Assembly (NCBI GenBank): GCA_016844925.1
Contig: JAERTI010000056.1
Span: 96,533 to 160,532, forward strand
Source: Candidatus Uhrbacteria bacterium
GTDB lineage: Bacteria > Patescibacteriota > Patescibacteriia > UBA9934 > GWF2-40-263
Direction: 5' to 3'
DNA: 64,000 nucleotides
Of the stretch, positions 8,625-18,088 are shown in pieces (position 1 is the first letter of the stretch; each line of letters starts with the position of its first letter). A program made the position numbers and the translations under genes. The notes under the pieces are model-generated. The model worked only from the letters and a program-made list of their open reading frames with translations, was not told where the DNA came from and did not search any database.

Positions 8625-10565
8625 ATGCTATTTCGCCGAAAACAATCTAGTTCGCGTGTTTTCCAAATTCAGGACGACGGTCGTTTTGGTCGAGTAGCAC
8701 AATCAGATACTGACGGGATTGAAGATTTTTTGTCAGGCGGATCAATGTCGTCTGGACGAAAACAAACGCTCCACTGCACGCTTGATCGGACCCGGATGCG
8801 CTTTATGGCAGTCTTGATTGTGGCTGTCGTTTTTATCTTCGTTGGCCGAGCTGGGCAACTGCAGATTGCCCGTGGTGAGTACTACCGATCACTCTCAGAT
8901 CAGAATAGAAACAAGATTGAATTGCTCGTGCCTCCGCGCGGAGAGATCAGAGATCGGTACGGAAACCTGCTGGCGTGGAATGAACCGTCGTTTGTACTTA
9001 CCATGACGATCAACGAGCTTCCTGAAGATGATACGGAGCGCAGGGCATTATTTGAACACGTAGCTGAACGAGTTGGCTTGCAGCTGACCGATCTCGATTT
9101 ATTGATGTCGGAGTACATTTCCCGTCGGTACGATTCCATTCCTGTTGCGGAGGATGTTCCTTATGAGGCGGGCATTCGTCTGGCGATCGAGGTCGCAGAC
9201 CTTCCGGGGTTTGAATTAGAGACCACAAGTAAACGTGTTTACAATGCATCCGCTGGCACGCTCTCACATGTGCTGGGGTACACAGGGTCTCTCTCGGCCA
9301 GAGATCTCGATACATTTGCGGATCTTGGGTATCGGCCAATCGATGACATTGGAAAATCTGGTATTGAACGTCAGGTGGAAACGATCTTGCGGGGGGTGCC
9401 TGGAAAGCTTGCCTATGAAGTCGATGCCAGAGGAAACCGAATCGCCATTGTTTCCAAGGAGCCGGCGACCGATGGGGCGGACATCTCCTTAAGTATCGAT
9501 CTTGAGTTTCAGAAGTATATCGAGACGCGTTTAGCAAAGACACTTGAAGCCACAGGCGCATCTCGTGCGTCGGTTGTGGCCCTTGACCCACAAACGGGTG
9601 CGGTGAGAGCGCTTGTGAGTTGGCCTAGTTTTGATAGTAACGAGTTTACAAACGGAATCTCACAAGAGCGGTACACAGCCTTGCTTGAGGATGAAGACAA
9701 TCCACTTTTTCCTCGCGCGATCGCGGGGGAGTTCCCATCGGGATCAACGTTCAAGCCTTTCGTCGCCTATGCAGCGCTCGCTGAGGGGGTTGTGGGGGAA
9801 CACAGTTCCTTCCTTTCTACCGGCGGTGTACGTATCGGCCAGTGGTATTTTCCAGACTGGAAGGCAGGTGGCCACGGCATCACAGACGCCCGTAAAGCGC
9901 TCGCTGAGTCTGTGAACACGTATTTTTATATCATCGGTGGAGGATACGATACGGTCACAGGGCTCGGGGTTGCACGGATTGATGAGTATGCGAGTCAGTT
10001 TGGCTTTGGTAGCCCAAGTGGCATCGATCTGCCAGGGGAAGCCGACGGCTTCCTTCCCACAAAGGAATGGAAACAAGAAGTGAAAGGAGAACGATGGTAT
10101 GTTGGTGATACGTATCATCTCGCCATCGGACAGGGAGACTTTTTGACCACACCGCTTCAAATGGCGGCAGCCACGGCTGTTATTGCCAATGGTGGCTACC
10201 GTGTCGAGCCGTACGTCGTCGAGTCTGTTGATGGACCCGCGGCTGGTGAATTGCTTCATGGTGATATCGAGGAGCTCGAAGAATTGGATAGCTATGCGCT
10301 GACCGTTGTTCGACAAGGCATGCGGCAAACCGTAACAGTGGGAAGTGCCCGCTCAATGGCTGATCTGACCGAGGCAGTCGCAGGCAAGACGGGAACGGCA
10401 CAAACGCTTGGAGACAGGCCTTACCACTCATGGTTCACTGGTTTCGCCCCATATGATGACCCAACAATTACCCTTGCGGTCCTTATCGAAGAAGGTGGTG
10501 GCTCAAATGATGCCGCCGTACCGCTTGCTAGAGAACTACTACAATGGTGGTTCTATCGATCATAA
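8625..10565 (+). CDS. mrdA: penicillin-binding protein 2 (peptidoglycan D,D-transpeptidase)
   Basis: TM anchor; transpeptidase motifs SxxK (SGSTFKPF), SxN and KTG (AGKTGTAQ); located in the mre operon. Confidence 0.85.
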   Translation: MLFRRKQSSSRVFQIQDDGRFGRVAQSDTDGIEDFLSGGSMSSGRKQTLHCTLDRTRMRFMAVLIVAVVFIFVGRAGQLQIARGEYYRSLSDQNRNKIELLVPPRGEIRDRYGNLLAWNEPSFVLTMTINELPEDDTERRALFEHVAERVGLQLTDLDLLMSEYISRRYDSIPVAEDVPYEAGIRLAIEVADLPGFELETTSKRVYNASAGTLSHVLGYTGSLSARDLDTFADLGYRPIDDIGKSGIERQVETILRGVPGKLAYEVDARGNRIAIVSKEPATDGADISLSIDLEFQKYIETRLAKTLEATGASRASVVALDPQTGAVRALVSWPSFDSNEFTNGISQERYTALLEDEDNPLFPRAIAGEFPSGSTFKPFVAYAALAEGVVGEHSSFLSTGGVRIGQWYFPDWKAGGHGITDARKALAESVNTYFYIIGGGYDTVTGLGVARIDEYASQFGFGSPSGIDLPGEADGFLPTKEWKQEVKGERWYVGDTYHLAIGQGDFLTTPLQMAAATAVIANGGYRVEPYVVESVDGPAAGELLHGDIEELEELDSYALTVVRQGMRQTVTVGSARSMADLTEAVAGKTGTAQTLGDRPYHSWFTGFAPYDDPTITLAVLIEEGGGSNDAAVPLARELLQWWFYRS

Positions 10566-10574
10566 ATACGTCCT

Positions 10575-11660
10575 ATGCACAGACTTCTTTTGATTCCACT
10601 ATTCATTCTTCTCGGCTTCTTCCCGACACAGATAAACGCGCAGGAAACCATCGAGCCTCGTGAGACAGATGCTGTGATTCTCGAGATTGTTGAACGTTCA
10701 TCGCTCGAGTCAGGATTGACTCAGGTGTTGTTTGTTGCACAAACACCGTACGGAGAGAAGTTTCATGTAGATACATCATCGTCTTACGTTATGGGTGTTG
10801 GATATGCCCTTGAGGTTGGAGATGAGGTTGCGCTCCAGATTATTGAAACTGACGATGGGGCAACAGCCTATCTAGATGATATACACCGAGAACGGGGCGT
10901 GGGTTGGGTCATCTTGGTGTTTGCCGTCATTGCCGTAGCCGTGGGGCGCTGGCGAGGATTATTGTCTCTCGCAGGTCTCTTGGTGACGGTCTCAATTCTG
11001 TTCTTCTGGTTGTTCCCAGCAATCCTAGCGGGGCAAGATCCTGTCACGGCCACCGTTGTTGCCTCCATCCTCATCTTGGGAATCAACATGCATCTTTCCC
11101 ATGGTCTCAAACAGCAAACGTTCTTAGCGTTTCTTGGAACAACAGCAGGGTTAGCCCTTGTCGTTGTGTTCACAAAACTATTTCTTTTCTTAGGCTCACT
11201 ATCAGGCCTCGCTTCAGAAGAGGCATCATTACTCTTCTGGGAAACAGCCGGAGTCCAGTTGCCCGTAGGCATTCTGGCGGCAGGAATCATTCTTGGTGCT
11301 GTGGGTGTTCTTGATGACATTGCCATTACACAAAGCGAGGTGGTAGACGAGCTGCTCTTAGCAAATCCAGACACTTCAAAAAAAGAGCTCTTTAAGAAGG
11401 CGATGCGTCTAGGACGGCATCACATCGCATCGACGGTGAACACTCTGGTGCTGGTATACGCAGGGGCCGCTCTTCCTGCCTTCCTGTTGTTCACGTATGG
11501 AGATCTGACACTACAAGCGTTTCTTAACAACGAACTCGTTGCAGAAGAAATTATCCGAACACTCGCAGGGACATGCGCTTTGGTCTTGACCGTGCCAATC
11601 AGCACATGGTTCGCCACGCTTTCCCCTCGAGTGGTTGACAGTAAGCAAAAGGCTCACTAG
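10575..11660 (+). CDS. YibE/F-family polytopic membrane protein
   Basis: Signal/TM, an N-terminal extracytoplasmic segment, then about 8 TM helices; architecture typical of YibE/F. Confidence 0.4.
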   Translation: MHRLLLIPLFILLGFFPTQINAQETIEPRETDAVILEIVERSSLESGLTQVLFVAQTPYGEKFHVDTSSSYVMGVGYALEVGDEVALQIIETDDGATAYLDDIHRERGVGWVILVFAVIAVAVGRWRGLLSLAGLLVTVSILFFWLFPAILAGQDPVTATVVASILILGINMHLSHGLKQQTFLAFLGTTAGLALVVVFTKLFLFLGSLSGLASEEASLLFWETAGVQLPVGILAAGIILGAVGVLDDIAITQSEVVDELLLANPDTSKKELFKKAMRLGRHHIASTVNTLVLVYAGAALPAFLLFTYGDLTLQAFLNNELVAEEIIRTLAGTCALVLTVPISTWFATLSPRVVDSKQKAH

Positions 11661-11671
11661 CATGATTCATT

Positions 11672-12127
11672 ATGTCTACCTACGTATCACAAGAACGTCT
11701 CGATGAGATGAAAGAAGAGCTGGTCATACGCACGAAAGTAACACGTCGTGAAATTGCCGAGCAGATCGCCCGAGCGAAAGAGTTTGGAGATCTCTCTGAG
11801 AACTTCGAGTATCAAGACGCAAAAGAACAGCAGGGCCTGAACGAGGCACGTGTCCTTGAGCTCGAAGCGAAGATTCGTGACGCCGTCCTCGTCGAAGCAA
11901 CAACAGGTGGTGACGAAGTCGTTCTCGGAGCAACGTTTACTGCGGAAGTAAATGGAAAGACCAAAACATTCTCAATTGTCGGCTCAACCGAAGCAAGTCC
12001 AATGGATGGAAAGATCAGCAACGAGTCTCCGATTGGGCAAGCATTTCTTGGGCATAAAGTAGGTGATTCCGTTGACGTCACGGTCCCATCAGGGGTAATG
12101 ACGTATAAGATTGTTTCTATCGCTTAA
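11672..12127 (+). CDS. greA: transcription elongation factor GreA
   Basis: N-terminal coiled coil with the acidic tip (FGDLSENFEYQDAKEQQ) and a C-terminal FKBP-like domain. Confidence 0.85.
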   Translation: MSTYVSQERLDEMKEELVIRTKVTRREIAEQIARAKEFGDLSENFEYQDAKEQQGLNEARVLELEAKIRDAVLVEATTGGDEVVLGATFTAEVNGKTKTFSIVGSTEASPMDGKISNESPIGQAFLGHKVGDSVDVTVPSGVMTYKIVSIA

Positions 12128-12195
12128 CGTTGACACTTCACCTAGATCCTGGTTAAAATACGGCATATTTTGCTGTATTTTTTTGTTTTCACCAT

Positions 12196-13680
12196 ATGAT
12201 TCAGGAAGAAAAAGACCGTTTAGACCGCCTTGCCGCCATCATCGCAAAAGGCCTCGAGCCATATCCAACAACAGCGCATCGGTCTGAAACCATCGGCGCA
12301 TTTAAAGAAGGCTTTGATCAGCATGAGTCTGTTCAAGACGAAGTAACCCTTGTTGGCCGCCTGCGACTTTTCCGAAAGCACGGCGGACTAACATTTGCCC
12401 AGTTGCAGGATGAGTCAGGAATGGTTCAGATTGCTTTCAAGCGAGACGAGATGGGGGAGGATGCGTACAACGAGCTACACGCCATCGTTGATGTTGCTGA
12501 CTTTATTGAGGTGACCGGAAAAGCGTTTGTCACCAAGAAAGGTGAGAACACACTTGGCGCGAGTTCGTATCGCGTCATTACAAAGACCACACTTCCTCTT
12601 CCAGAAAAATGGCATGGAATTAGTGACAAAGAAACACGTTTCCGAAAGCGCTATCTCGACTTGATCATGAATGATGATGTGAAAGATCGCATGGTCGCTC
12701 GAAGTAAGATTATTACGGCCATTCGTGCACTGCTCGATGGAAAGGGATTCTTAGAGGTCGAGACACCAACACTTCAGCCAATTTACGGCGGAGGTTTTGC
12801 ACGCCCATTCGTAACACATCATAACGCCCTCGATGCTGATTTCTTCCTTCGCATTTCCGATGAAATGTATTTGAAGCGGTTGCTTGTTGGTGGTTTTGAG
12901 AAAGTGTATGAGATCACTAAAGTGTTCCGTAACGAGGGAATCGATCGTGATCACAATCCAGAGTTCACCATGTTTGAGGCACAGATTGCTTACGAGAACT
13001 ACTTGTACGGCATGGATATTTTTGAAGAAATCTTTGAGTATGCCGCGCTGCAGTCTAGTGGATCAACTCAGGTGCAGCATGAGGACGTCACAATTGAGCT
13101 ACAGCGCCCCTGGAAGCGCATGAGGCTCATTGATGCAGTTCAGGAGATTGGAGGCCTTGAGGCGTCAATTTGGGACGATTTCGCATCGGCGAAAAGTGCT
13201 CTTGAGAAACTTCTGCCAGAAAAGGCACGTGCTGAATTGCCGCGTATCCAGTCTGCCGGTGAGCTCATGGCATTTGCCTTCGAGGAGCTTGTTGAAGAGA
13301 AGCTCGTACAACCAACAATCATTTACGACTATCCTGTCGAGGTTTCACCACTCGCGAAAAAGTCCGCGGCAGATCCACGATTCACAGAACGTTTCGAAGC
13401 ATTCGCTCTTGGATCTGAGATTGGCAACAACTACTCAGAACTTAATAATCCCGTTGAGCTCGAGAAGCGCTTCATCCACGAGAAGGATAAGGAAAAAGCT
13501 GGATTCGATGAGGCCCATCAGACAGACTATGCGTATCTGGATGCGATTAAGCATGGTATGCCACCTGCTTGTGGTCTTGGTATCGGTGTCGACCGTATGG
13601 TCATGTTGCTCACGGGAGCTTCAAATATTAAAGAAGTCATTCTCTTTCCAACGCTACGTCCAGAAGGACGAGATGAATAG
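12196..13680 (+). CDS. lysS: lysine--tRNA ligase (class II)
   Basis: Class II motifs FRNEGIDRDHNPEFTMFE and GLGIGVDRMVMLL; N-terminal OB-fold. Confidence 0.9.
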   Translation: MIQEEKDRLDRLAAIIAKGLEPYPTTAHRSETIGAFKEGFDQHESVQDEVTLVGRLRLFRKHGGLTFAQLQDESGMVQIAFKRDEMGEDAYNELHAIVDVADFIEVTGKAFVTKKGENTLGASSYRVITKTTLPLPEKWHGISDKETRFRKRYLDLIMNDDVKDRMVARSKIITAIRALLDGKGFLEVETPTLQPIYGGGFARPFVTHHNALDADFFLRISDEMYLKRLLVGGFEKVYEITKVFRNEGIDRDHNPEFTMFEAQIAYENYLYGMDIFEEIFEYAALQSSGSTQVQHEDVTIELQRPWKRMRLIDAVQEIGGLEASIWDDFASAKSALEKLLPEKARAELPRIQSAGELMAFAFEELVEEKLVQPTIIYDYPVEVSPLAKKSAADPRFTERFEAFALGSEIGNNYSELNNPVELEKRFIHEKDKEKAGFDEAHQTDYAYLDAIKHGMPPACGLGIGVDRMVMLLTGASNIKEVILFPTLRPEGRDE

Positions 13681-13681
13681 T

Positions 13682-14053
13682 ATGAGTAAGCGTGTCTTGG
13701 TGTTTGGGACATTTGATGGTCTACACCCAGGGCACGTTTTCTTTTTGCGCAAAGCAAAATCAAAGGGCGATGAGCTTGTTGTTGGAGTTGCGCGAGATAC
13801 ACATGTGGTCGCACTTAAGGATAAGCGGCCCCACATGACGGAACGAAAACGACTTGAGGCAATAAAGAAGCAGTCATGTGTCAATGAAGCCGTTCTTTGT
13901 GATGAGGAGCTCGGAGAGTTTGAAATTTTACAAGAAGTATTGCCTGACCTTATTGTCTTGGGTCACGATCAAAAAGAACTTGAGGATGCTCTCATTGCAT
14001 GGATGGCCCAATCGGATCAATACATCCCCATGAACCGAATCAAGAAGCTATGA
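13682..14053 (+). CDS. cytidylyltransferase-like (HxGH nucleotidyltransferase) small protein
   Basis: VLVFGTFDGLHPGHVFFL is the (T/H)xGH nucleotidyltransferase signature; the start lies 1 nt after the lysS stop, and the long 13130..14053 ORF is an out-of-frame 5' extension. Confidence 0.6.
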   Translation: MSKRVLVFGTFDGLHPGHVFFLRKAKSKGDELVVGVARDTHVVALKDKRPHMTERKRLEAIKKQSCVNEAVLCDEELGEFEILQEVLPDLIVLGHDQKELEDALIAWMAQSDQYIPMNRIKKL

Positions 14054-14484
14054 AGCCCATCAAGAATTTGAGCATTGTTATAGGAGTCTGTGAACGCGAT
14101 GGGTGCTATCTGTTGCTTCAGCGCAAGGATAAGAATCCCATGTGGGATAAAAAATGGGAGTTTCCAGGTGGAAAGATAGAGGAGGGGGAAGAGTCACATG
14201 AGGCGATCTGTCGTGAAATCAATGAAGAGACAGGTCTCGATGTTCAGACGGCTGAGTTCTTTCATCACCACATTCATGACTGGGACCTAGAAGACAAAAT
14301 CCTTCGAGTTCACATCGACTGTTTTCACTGCCTGGTGGGGGAGGGGGATGTGATCACCGAGGAAGGTAAAGCCTATCAAACACGATGGGTCACACGTGAG
14401 GAGGCACTTGAAATGGATTCGCTAAAAGCAAACAACGACATCCTTAACGTCTTTTTTCATGAAGTCTTACAGAACCTGGGTTGA
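14050..14484 (+). CDS. NUDIX hydrolase
   Basis: Nudix box GGKIEEGEESHEAICREINEETGL; ATG at 14050 overlaps the previous stop (ATGA). Confidence 0.75.
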   Translation: MKPIKNLSIVIGVCERDGCYLLLQRKDKNPMWDKKWEFPGGKIEEGEESHEAICREINEETGLDVQTAEFFHHHIHDWDLEDKILRVHIDCFHCLVGEGDVITEEGKAYQTRWVTREEALEMDSLKANNDILNVFFHEVLQNLG

Positions 14485-15598
14485 GGTGTCAGAACGGGCT
14501 CTCTCACATAACATCACATCACTACGATCACTTCTTGAAGGAGACGCGCGTTTTTGTGCGGTCATAAAAGCGAATGCCTACGGGCACGGCCTTCTCGAGG
14601 TGGCGAATATCGCATCACGCAGTGGCGTTGATGCGTTTGCCGTTGATCAGATTGATGATGCCCTGTTGCTGCGCGAGCGCTTTCCGTCGGCGCTGGTACT
14701 CGTCTTGGGATACACCATGTTCGATCGATACCTAGAAGCGATTAAGCACGACATTCACTTGACGCTGTACGACAAGGAGGGCATTGAGCATGCAGAGAAA
14801 GTAAGCCGTGAGGTAGCGAAACCTCTCTCAATTCATTTAAAGATTGAAACGGGAACATCACGACAGGGAGTGCTTTTAGAAGAAGTTGATGACATTGCCA
14901 GGCTCGTGAGTCGCTGCGGTGGAGTTTCCATTGAGGGTGTTTCAACACATTTTGCCAACATTGAAGACTCTGCCAACCCTGAGTTTGCCACACTTCAGTT
15001 TTCTCGATTTCAGACAGCTATTGAGACCCTGGCAGCGCATAACATCCACCCACAGATCCAGCATTGCGCGTGCTCTGCAGCCATTATCCTGTACCCACAA
15101 ACGCATCTGAGCATGATTCGAGCTGGGGTTTCCATGTACGGACTCTGGTCATCAAGCCTCGTGCAGACAACGGTAAGGAACCTCGGTGTCAGCTGTGATC
15201 TGCAACCCGCACTCACGTGGAAAACGCGCATTGCACAGATCAAATCGCTTCCAATGGGCACACCCGTTGGCTATGGCCTGACAGAGGTTCTAAAGCGCTC
15301 AGGACGCATTGCCGTGCTTCCAGTGGGGTATTTTGATGGCTATGACCGCCTCCTTTCATCAAAAGCAGAGGTGCTGATTAAAGGGTATCGTTGTAAGATA
15401 ATTGGGAGGATCTGCATGAACATGATGATGGTGGACGTTTCTCATGTCCCACAGCTTCAAAAAGAAGATGAGGTTATCCTACTTGGAACAGATGGCCGCC
15501 ACCGAGTCACTGCCGATGAATTGGCTATGCATGCTGGTACGATTAACTATGAGATCGTTACCAGGATTAACTCGAGCCTACCCAGAATCGTTGTCTAG
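14459..15598 (+). CDS. alr: alanine racemase
   Basis: PLP-binding motif AVIKANAYGHG; N-terminal TIM-barrel plus C-terminal beta domain. Confidence 0.85.
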   Translation: MKSYRTWVEVSERALSHNITSLRSLLEGDARFCAVIKANAYGHGLLEVANIASRSGVDAFAVDQIDDALLLRERFPSALVLVLGYTMFDRYLEAIKHDIHLTLYDKEGIEHAEKVSREVAKPLSIHLKIETGTSRQGVLLEEVDDIARLVSRCGGVSIEGVSTHFANIEDSANPEFATLQFSRFQTAIETLAAHNIHPQIQHCACSAAIILYPQTHLSMIRAGVSMYGLWSSSLVQTTVRNLGVSCDLQPALTWKTRIAQIKSLPMGTPVGYGLTEVLKRSGRIAVLPVGYFDGYDRLLSSKAEVLIKGYRCKIIGRICMNMMMVDVSHVPQLQKEDEVILLGTDGRHRVTADELAMHAGTINYEIVTRINSSLPRIVV

Positions 15599-15600
15599 AT

Positions 15601-16431
15601 ATGGCACGGAGGGATTTTTTCAAACGCACACAGCGAAAGCGCTATAAAGCCGGACGGTATCGCAATCCGTATTTTCAGAATGTCAAAAAAATTCCATGGA
15701 AGCCGTTAAGTGCTGTTGTCGGAACGTTGGTTGTGATCTTACTAGGATTAAACCTGATGTTCTCCAGTCCACGTCTTGCGATTCAGAATGTTCAGATTAA
15801 GGGCGTTGAACACATCGACCCAGCTCAAATAGAGCAGCTCGTTCAGTCCTACCTGCAAAGCCGCGCCTTGCTGATATTCAAGACCTCGAACCAATTCTTG
15901 TTTTCTTCTGAAGAGCTGAGTACTGAATTAGAAAACGCGTTTGCATTGGCGAATGTTAGTATGGGGCAGTCAGGGGGGATACTTACGATTACGATCGCAG
16001 AAAGAACGTCGAACTTAATTTGGGAGTCAGGGCAGGGGAGATATGTTGTTGATCTCGAGGGGGTGGTGACACGAAGCCTTGGGGCAGAGGAGGATCTGGG
16101 ACAACCTTTGCCTACATTTTCCGACACAAACAATCTGGACGTCTCAGTAGGGGACATTGTCATGACACCAGAGGAGATCGAGAATGTGTTTGCCTTTCTT
16201 GATCAGCTTGAGGCGCAAGGAATCACGTATGACACCATTCGCGTGGATCGTCTTGCTGGTAAATGGATGAGCGTCGAAACAACCGAAGGATTTGAAATTC
16301 TGTTTGACTCCGTTGGAGACATCTCCACACAAGCCTCTCATTTGGAAACAGTGCTACTAGACCAGGTTGAAGATCGTTCAGAGCTCGAATATATCGATGT
16401 ACGGTTTGGTGATCACGTCTACTATAAATAG
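15601..16431 (+). CDS. ftsQ: cell-division protein FtsQ/DivIB-like
   Basis: Basic N-terminus, single TM helix, then a POTRA-like extracytoplasmic domain. Confidence 0.5.
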   Translation: MARRDFFKRTQRKRYKAGRYRNPYFQNVKKIPWKPLSAVVGTLVVILLGLNLMFSSPRLAIQNVQIKGVEHIDPAQIEQLVQSYLQSRALLIFKTSNQFLFSSEELSTELENAFALANVSMGQSGGILTITIAERTSNLIWESGQGRYVVDLEGVVTRSLGAEEDLGQPLPTFSDTNNLDVSVGDIVMTPEEIENVFAFLDQLEAQGITYDTIRVDRLAGKWMSVETTEGFEILFDSVGDISTQASHLETVLLDQVEDRSELEYIDVRFGDHVYYK

Positions 16432-16558
16432 GCCGATTTCAAAATTGAGCTCTAAGCGTTTTAGGGGTACTAGGGTACCTATAGAAACAAACAGAACACG
16501 CGCCGCCTTGAACCTAAGTCCTAAAAAACACCTTAAACGTTGACCGTTCTAATCTAAC

Positions 16559-16586
16559 GTGTCGCATAAGGTATAATGTGCGACAC
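16559..16586. promoter_or_regulatory. Perfect 8-bp inverted repeat flanking a TATAAT box (candidate operator/promoter or sRNA start)
   Basis: GTGTCGCA-taaggTATAATg-TGCGACAC; sits in a 250-bp non-coding gap with TTGACC 26 bp upstream. Confidence 0.3.
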
Positions 16587-16609
16587 AAGGTACATAATCA
16601 TTTAAATAA

Positions 16610-16640
16610 AGAAAGAGCCCTACCCGGCTCCTCTTTTTTA
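16610..16640. terminator. bidirectional rho-independent terminator between convergent genes
   Basis: gagcc-ctaccc-ggctc hairpin flanked by AAAGAAA and TTTTTT. Confidence 0.5.
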
Positions 16641-16680
16641 ACTGATGCTCCTGAACAAAATCTGTCGAGAAGCGTAATTG

Positions 16681-16887
16681 CTATGTGAGAAAGTTTGTTA
16701 GGTACACGATTGCCAAGGTGATCGCACCAATCAGGAAGATCGCAATACCCATGAGGGTCAAACCCTTTATGAGCCCATCATCCTTCCCTGCCCCCCAGAC
16801 CATAATTGTACTTATGACAAGAAACACGAGAAGCGGGACGATGGTGAAAATCCATCCGAAGAATTTTACAACGAGAGTAAGTGTCAT
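16681..16887 (-). CDS. small hypothetical membrane protein (68 aa, 2 TM)
   Basis: Two hydrophobic helices; lies 1 nt downstream of the M23 peptidase gene. Confidence 0.35.
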   Translation of the reverse strand: MTLTLVVKFFGWIFTIVPLLVFLVISTIMVWGAGKDDGLIKGLTLMGIAIFLIGAITLAIVYLTNFLT

Positions 16888-16888
16888 A

Positions 16889-18088
16889 TTAGTACGACAT
16901 CAAGTAATCAAGTGGTTGAGTCGGAATACCGTTTTTTCTCACCTCAAAGTGCAGGTGAGGCCCTGTTGAGAATCCTGTATTACCCACCGTTCCGATCTGT
17001 TGTCCCCTACTGACGAATTGGTCTGGTGAGACATTCATGCTGTTCAAGTGAGCATACAATGTGGCGAGACCGTTGGTATGAATAACCATGATGTAATTTC
17101 CATAGAGTCTCCCCTGCCGAGTCCAAGCAACGTAACCAGGAGCCGCTGAGACGACCGGCGTTCCTGTTGGTGCAGGAAGGTCCACCCCCGAGTGTTCAAA
17201 CAGATGCCTGAATGGATATGTGGGGTCGTGAAAGTACGCAGAAATTCCTCTGATAGTGGGATCAACTGGCCACGAAAGGACACTGGAATCCCCTACCTCG
17301 TCGCTGGCATTTAGACGACCCTCTATTTCTGCCTGAAGTGCGACAATCTGCTGATTGATGAATGTCTGCTCTTCTCGCACCTCTGTAAGCAATCTACGGA
17401 ATTCTGCCTCAGAACTTTTTGTCTGATCTACGAGAACTGTTTTCGCATTTTGTTCTTCCTCAAGAAGGGCTCTGCTTTGAATCAGAGACTCCTCATAGGC
17501 GACAAGCTGGTCCTTTTTTGCTTGTTCTGAAGCATGCTTTTCCTCTAATTTTATCCGCGTTTTTCGAGCTTGATCAACAGCACCCTTTAAGTCAGTACTC
17601 ACATTTTCCAAACGCTCTAACTCATCGAACAGTTGCGAGAAAGAATCTGTACCGAAAAGCACTTGCAATCCAAAACCGTCACCAAGCACCTGGATCTGTT
17701 GAAGAACTTCAGAAATCATCTCTCGTTGACTATCCAAAAGATCTTCCTGTTCGTGAATTTCGTCTTCAATGATCGAAATTTCCGCATTTGTCAGATCAAT
17801 AGAAACTTCAGCGGCATCAATATCCAGTGCGGTTTTTGCAATCCTGTTTTCAAGAAGATCAACTTCACCTTCAAGTGTCGCGGCTTCAGCTTGTTTTTCT
17901 TCGATCTTTGATTGATAGGCGCTGATTTGTCGATTGAGTTGATCGATCGAATCACGCTTGAATTCAATCTCGGAATTAAGAACCTGAACATCAGCATGTT
18001 CGCCTGAGTGTGCCATCAAAAAACCCCCGCTTGGCACCATCAGTGCCAGCAGCAGTAGAACAAGAAATCGTTTTGCTCCCTCCATCAT
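16889..18088 (-). CDS. M23-family peptidoglycan DD-metalloendopeptidase with N-terminal coiled coil (EnvC-like)
   Basis: Signal peptide, long coiled coil, C-terminal LytM domain with HxxxD and HxH motifs (HSGVDL...GPHLHFEV). Confidence 0.8.
   Translation of the reverse strand: MMEGAKRFLVLLLLALMVPSGGFLMAHSGEHADVQVLNSEIEFKRDSIDQLNRQISAYQSKIEEKQAEAATLEGEVDLLENRIAKTALDIDAAEVSIDLTNAEISIIEDEIHEQEDLLDSQREMISEVLQQIQVLGDGFGLQVLFGTDSFSQLFDELERLENVSTDLKGAVDQARKTRIKLEEKHASEQAKKDQLVAYEESLIQSRALLEEEQNAKTVLVDQTKSSEAEFRRLLTEVREEQTFINQQIVALQAEIEGRLNASDEVGDSSVLSWPVDPTIRGISAYFHDPTYPFRHLFEHSGVDLPAPTGTPVVSAAPGYVAWTRQGRLYGNYIMVIHTNGLATLYAHLNSMNVSPDQFVSRGQQIGTVGNTGFSTGPHLHFEVRKNGIPTQPLDYLMSY

Noticed and set aside
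9010-9591. 193-aa minus-strand ORF antisense to the PBP2 gene
   Set aside because: Embedded in a gene with strong motifs on the other strand.
13130-14053. 307-aa plus-strand ORF overlapping the 3' end of lysS
   Set aside because: Only the last 123 codons (from the ATG at 13682, right after the lysS stop) carry the HxGH cytidylyltransferase motif. The upstream part is an out-of-frame read-through of lysS with a Ser/Arg-rich composition.
16432-16680. Possible tRNA or CRISPR repeat in the long ftsQ-downstream gap
   Set aside because: No cloverleaf-compatible sequence (no GTTCGA T-loop plus acceptor pairing) and no repeated spacer-repeat units. Only a single palindrome, which is reported as a finding.
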